A DNA stretch of 62,568 nucleotides, the filler included. It is 11 parts of 11 records of this genome, joined end to end, with 100 filler letters (N's around TTAATTAATTAA, not from the genome) between each part and the next. Parts side by side here need not be neighbours in the genome. Positions count along the whole stretch, not along the records: positions 58,647 to 62,568 come from SRR20825010_4117; 10 more parts are not named here. The stretch is one strand, 5' to 3'. A program made the translations under genes and the position numbers. The notes beneath the pieces are model-generated. The model was not told where the DNA came from and searched no databases. It worked only from the letters and a program-made list of their open reading frames with translations. Below are positions 60,129 through 62,568 of this stretch, piece by piece. The first letter of the stretch is position 1. The number at the start of each line of letters is the position of its first letter.

Positions 60129-61928
60129 CTAGTCTGAGGCCGTCGTCAACGTCTTCTCCTGCCCCGTATCATAATCAGGACGCAAGTCCAGAAGCGGGGC
60201 AATCCGCGTGATCATCTCGGCGGCAACAGGCACAGCCGTCCAGCCAGCGGTGCGGCGCGGGGTCGATCCGGAGGTCTCGACCGGCTCATCCAGCATCACA
60301 ACCAGCGCATAGCGCGGCGCGTCCGTCGGGAACACCGAGGCAAATGTCGCAATCACCTTGTCCTTGTGATAGCCGCCGCCGCGCTCCTTGGGCTTTTCCG
60401 CCGTCCCGGTCTTGCCCCCGACCCGATAGCCCGGCACCTCGGCAAACGACGCGGTGCCCTTTTGCCCGATCACGACCTTGCGCAGCATCGTGCGCGCCTG
60501 TTCCGCCACCTCATCGCGCAACAGCTTGTCCCCCATGCGGGGGCCATCCTGTTTCAACAAGGTCGGCTGCACCACATGGCCGCCATTGGCAATCATCGCG
60601 TAGCCCGCCGCCAGATGCAGCGGCGAGACGGAAATCCCGTGGCCATAGGAAATGGTGACAGCCGACAGATCCGTCCACCGTTCGGGGATCAACGGCTTGG
60701 CATTGCGGGCCTCGACGATCTCCAGAGGGGAAGGCGCGAACATGCCGAGATTTTCGTAAAAGTCCTTTTGCCGGCCCCGCCCGATCGCCATGACCAACTT
60801 GGCCGTGCCCCGGTTCGAGCTGCGCACAATCACGTCCTCGACCGTCAGCTTGCCATAGTTCTTGCCCTGAAACTCACCCACCTTGAACCCCAGCACCTCA
60901 TAGGGCGGCGAAGTGTCGATCACAGTTTGCGGATGGACCAACCCCAGTTGCAGCGCCTGCGATGCGGTGAAGATCTTGAAGGTTGAGCCGAGCTCATACA
61001 GCCCCTGCACCGCACGGTTGAACAGCGGACTGTCGCCTGCCTTCTCCCCCGCAATTGGCACGCGCGGGCGGTCGTTGGGGTCGAAATCCGGCAGCGAGGC
61101 GATGGCAATCACCTCACCCGTGTAGATATCCATCAGCACACTGGCAGCACCCTTGGCGTTCAGCAGCTTCATGCCCGCATCCAGCACCTCTTCGGTGGCG
61201 GCCTGAATGGTCAGATCCAGCGACAGCGTCAGCGGCACGCCCTGCCGGGCAGGATCGCGCATTTCGGCATCAAAGTACTTTTCGATGCCCGCCGTGCCGA
61301 TCACCTCCGCCGCATGAACCCCCTCATCGCCAAAACTTGCGCCGCCCAGAACATGGGCCGCAATCGCGCCGTTGGGATACAGCCGCATTTCACGCGGGCC
61401 GAACAACAGACCCGGCTCCCCGATGTCATGCACTGCCTGCAACTGCTCGGGGCTCAGCTTTTTCTTGATCCACAGGAACTTGGTCTTGGGGTTGGTAAAC
61501 CGCGCCCCCAGCTTATCGGCGTCGATGTCGGGAAAGATCGCCGCGAGTTGCTGTGCCGCACGCAGCGGGTCAACCATCTGCTGTGGATGCGCATACAGGC
61601 TGTGGGTCGACATGTTGGTGGCCAGAATGCGGCCATGCCGGTCGGTGATGTCCGCCCGGGTTGCGACGATGGACGCCCCTGTCAACTGCGCGCGCGGCTC
61701 TTCGGGCTCCGAGGCGGACAAGACCCCCATCCGCGCGCCCACCACGCCATAGGCACAGACGAACATGACCGCCAGCACCAGCAACCGCCCCTCGGCACGC
61801 AGTCGCAGCCGGTCACGGATCTCTTCGTGGCGCAGCCTGCGGTTCTCGCGTTCGATGACGTCGGGGTTTTCGCCATTCTGGCGGGCCTCAAGGATGCGTG
61901 CCAGCGGGCGCAGCGGCGTGCGGGTCAT
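60129..61928 (-). CDS. ftsI: Cell-division transpeptidase PBP3
   Basis: STFK (SxxK), SSN (SxN) and KTG motifs; dcw-cluster position. Confidence 0.95.
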   Translation of the reverse strand: MTRTPLRPLARILEARQNGENPDVIERENRRLRHEEIRDRLRLRAEGRLLVLAVMFVCAYGVVGARMGVLSASEPEEPRAQLTGASIVATRADITDRHGRILATNMSTHSLYAHPQQMVDPLRAAQQLAAIFPDIDADKLGARFTNPKTKFLWIKKKLSPEQLQAVHDIGEPGLLFGPREMRLYPNGAIAAHVLGGASFGDEGVHAAEVIGTAGIEKYFDAEMRDPARQGVPLTLSLDLTIQAATEEVLDAGMKLLNAKGAASVLMDIYTGEVIAIASLPDFDPNDRPRVPIAGEKAGDSPLFNRAVQGLYELGSTFKIFTASQALQLGLVHPQTVIDTSPPYEVLGFKVGEFQGKNYGKLTVEDVIVRSSNRGTAKLVMAIGRGRQKDFYENLGMFAPSPLEIVEARNAKPLIPERWTDLSAVTISYGHGISVSPLHLAAGYAMIANGGHVVQPTLLKQDGPRMGDKLLRDEVAEQARTMLRKVVIGQKGTASFAEVPGYRVGGKTGTAEKPKERGGGYHKDKVIATFASVFPTDAPRYALVVMLDEPVETSGSTPRRTAGWTAVPVAAEMITRIAPLLDLRPDYDTGQEKTLTTASD

Positions 61929-62272
61929 GGGTTTGTCGCTCCGGCAGAAGTGACATCGACTGGTTTCGTCAGATCAAGCGCCAGAGGCTGCGGATAGGCC
62001 ACCTGATCAATGCTGCCAAACTGATCCGGGCGCAGCGGCAACAGCCCCAGCCGGTCAAAGTTCAGCTCTGCCAGATCGCGCAGCCGGTCGGGCCGATTCA
62101 GATAGGCCCATTCCGCACGCAGGATCGCCAGCCGTTCACGCGCGGCACCTATGTCGCGGCGCAGATCGTCCACGTTGTCCAGTTCCGCCTTGGTGCGGTA
62201 GTTTTCATAGTAGGCCCAATAGCCGGATGTGATGACGGCCATGGCCGCGAGCAGGAACAAAACACTGCGCAT
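61925..62272 (-). CDS. ftsL: Cell-division protein FtsL
   Basis: One TM helix plus coiled coil, LRAEWAYLNRPDRL; between rsmH and ftsI. Confidence 0.9.
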   Translation of the reverse strand: MRSVLFLLAAMAVITSGYWAYYENYRTKAELDNVDDLRRDIGAARERLAILRAEWAYLNRPDRLRDLAELNFDRLGLLPLRPDQFGSIDQVAYPQPLALDLTKPVDVTSAGATNP

Positions 62273-62273
62273 C

Positions 62274-62568
62274 TCATCGTCTCCTAGGTGTTTGTGGTGT
62301 TTGTTTCATCATCGGCATCGACAGTTCCGCCGCCTCGACCGGGCGCGCGGCGATCTCTGTGCGTCGCCCGACCCGCAGCTTGGCGGACCGGGACCGCGGG
62401 TTCTCGGCCAGTTCTTCGGCATCCGGCCCCACCGCCTTGCGCGTCAGGACCGTAAAGGGGTCCGTCGCCTCATGGGTCTGGTCGCCATAGCGGTTCACAT
62501 GGGTTTTCTTGTCGCCGTGCAGTTGGAAAAAGCGTTTCACCATCCGGTCCTCGACCGAATGAAAGGTC
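62274..62568 (-). CDS. rsmH: 16S rRNA m4C1402 methyltransferase C-terminus (5' truncated)
   Basis: FHSVEDRMVKRF, ENPRSRSAKLR. Confidence 0.93.
   Translation of the reverse strand, partial: TFHSVEDRMVKRFFQLHGDKKTHVNRYGDQTHEATDPFTVLTRKAVGPDAEELAENPRSRSAKLRVGRRTEIAARPVEAAELSMPMMKQTPQTPRRR

Noticed and set aside
58647..62568. dcw cluster fragment
   Set aside because: Canonical rsmH-ftsL-ftsI-murE order with intact motifs; nothing unusual.

Overview
This window is not a contiguous locus. It is 11 unrelated contig fragments joined by ten identical 100-nt artificial spacers (44 N + TTAATTAATTAA + 44 N, stops in all six frames), so gene neighbourhoods are valid only within a fragment. Taxon labels below are inferred from protein resemblance, not from a search. 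(1) 1-6622, Bacteroidota: SusC/SusD, an N-formylglutamate-amidohydrolase-like protein and a class V PLP enzyme. (2) 6723-11497, planctomycete-like: REP-like repeats, an FGly sulfatase, an exported CxxCH protein and a rhomboid. (3) 11598-14799: end of hutU plus a TRAP transporter. (4) 14900-18945: ctrA, fliI, fliJ, yajQ and an FlhG-like gene. (5) 19046-28243: tricarboxylate cluster (tcuB, tctDE, TTT transporter, PrpF-family isomerase, beta-decarboxylating dehydrogenase). (6) 28344-31714: aceBA plus a RamB/ScfR regulator. (7) 31815-43384: liv ABC operon and cheA-W-Y-Z-B-R. (8) 43485-47814: rhizobial cheB-Y2-D-T, fliF, visN. (9) 47915-54517: LysR, HAAT ABC transporter and GMC oxidoreductase. (10) 54618-58546: malic enzyme, solo LuxR, tdk and a choV-like ATPase. 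(11) 58647-62568: rsmH-ftsL-ftsI-murE. I saw no rRNA, tRNA, CRISPR array, phage gene or transposase, and I cannot claim a definitively new system. The best leads are the tricarballylate/aconitate-type catabolic module with an atypical dehydrogenase, the hutU-linked TRAP transporter, a covarying REP family, a SusCD locus with an amidohydrolase instead of a CAZyme, and a candidate 3-hydroxypropionate-type uptake and oxidation operon.
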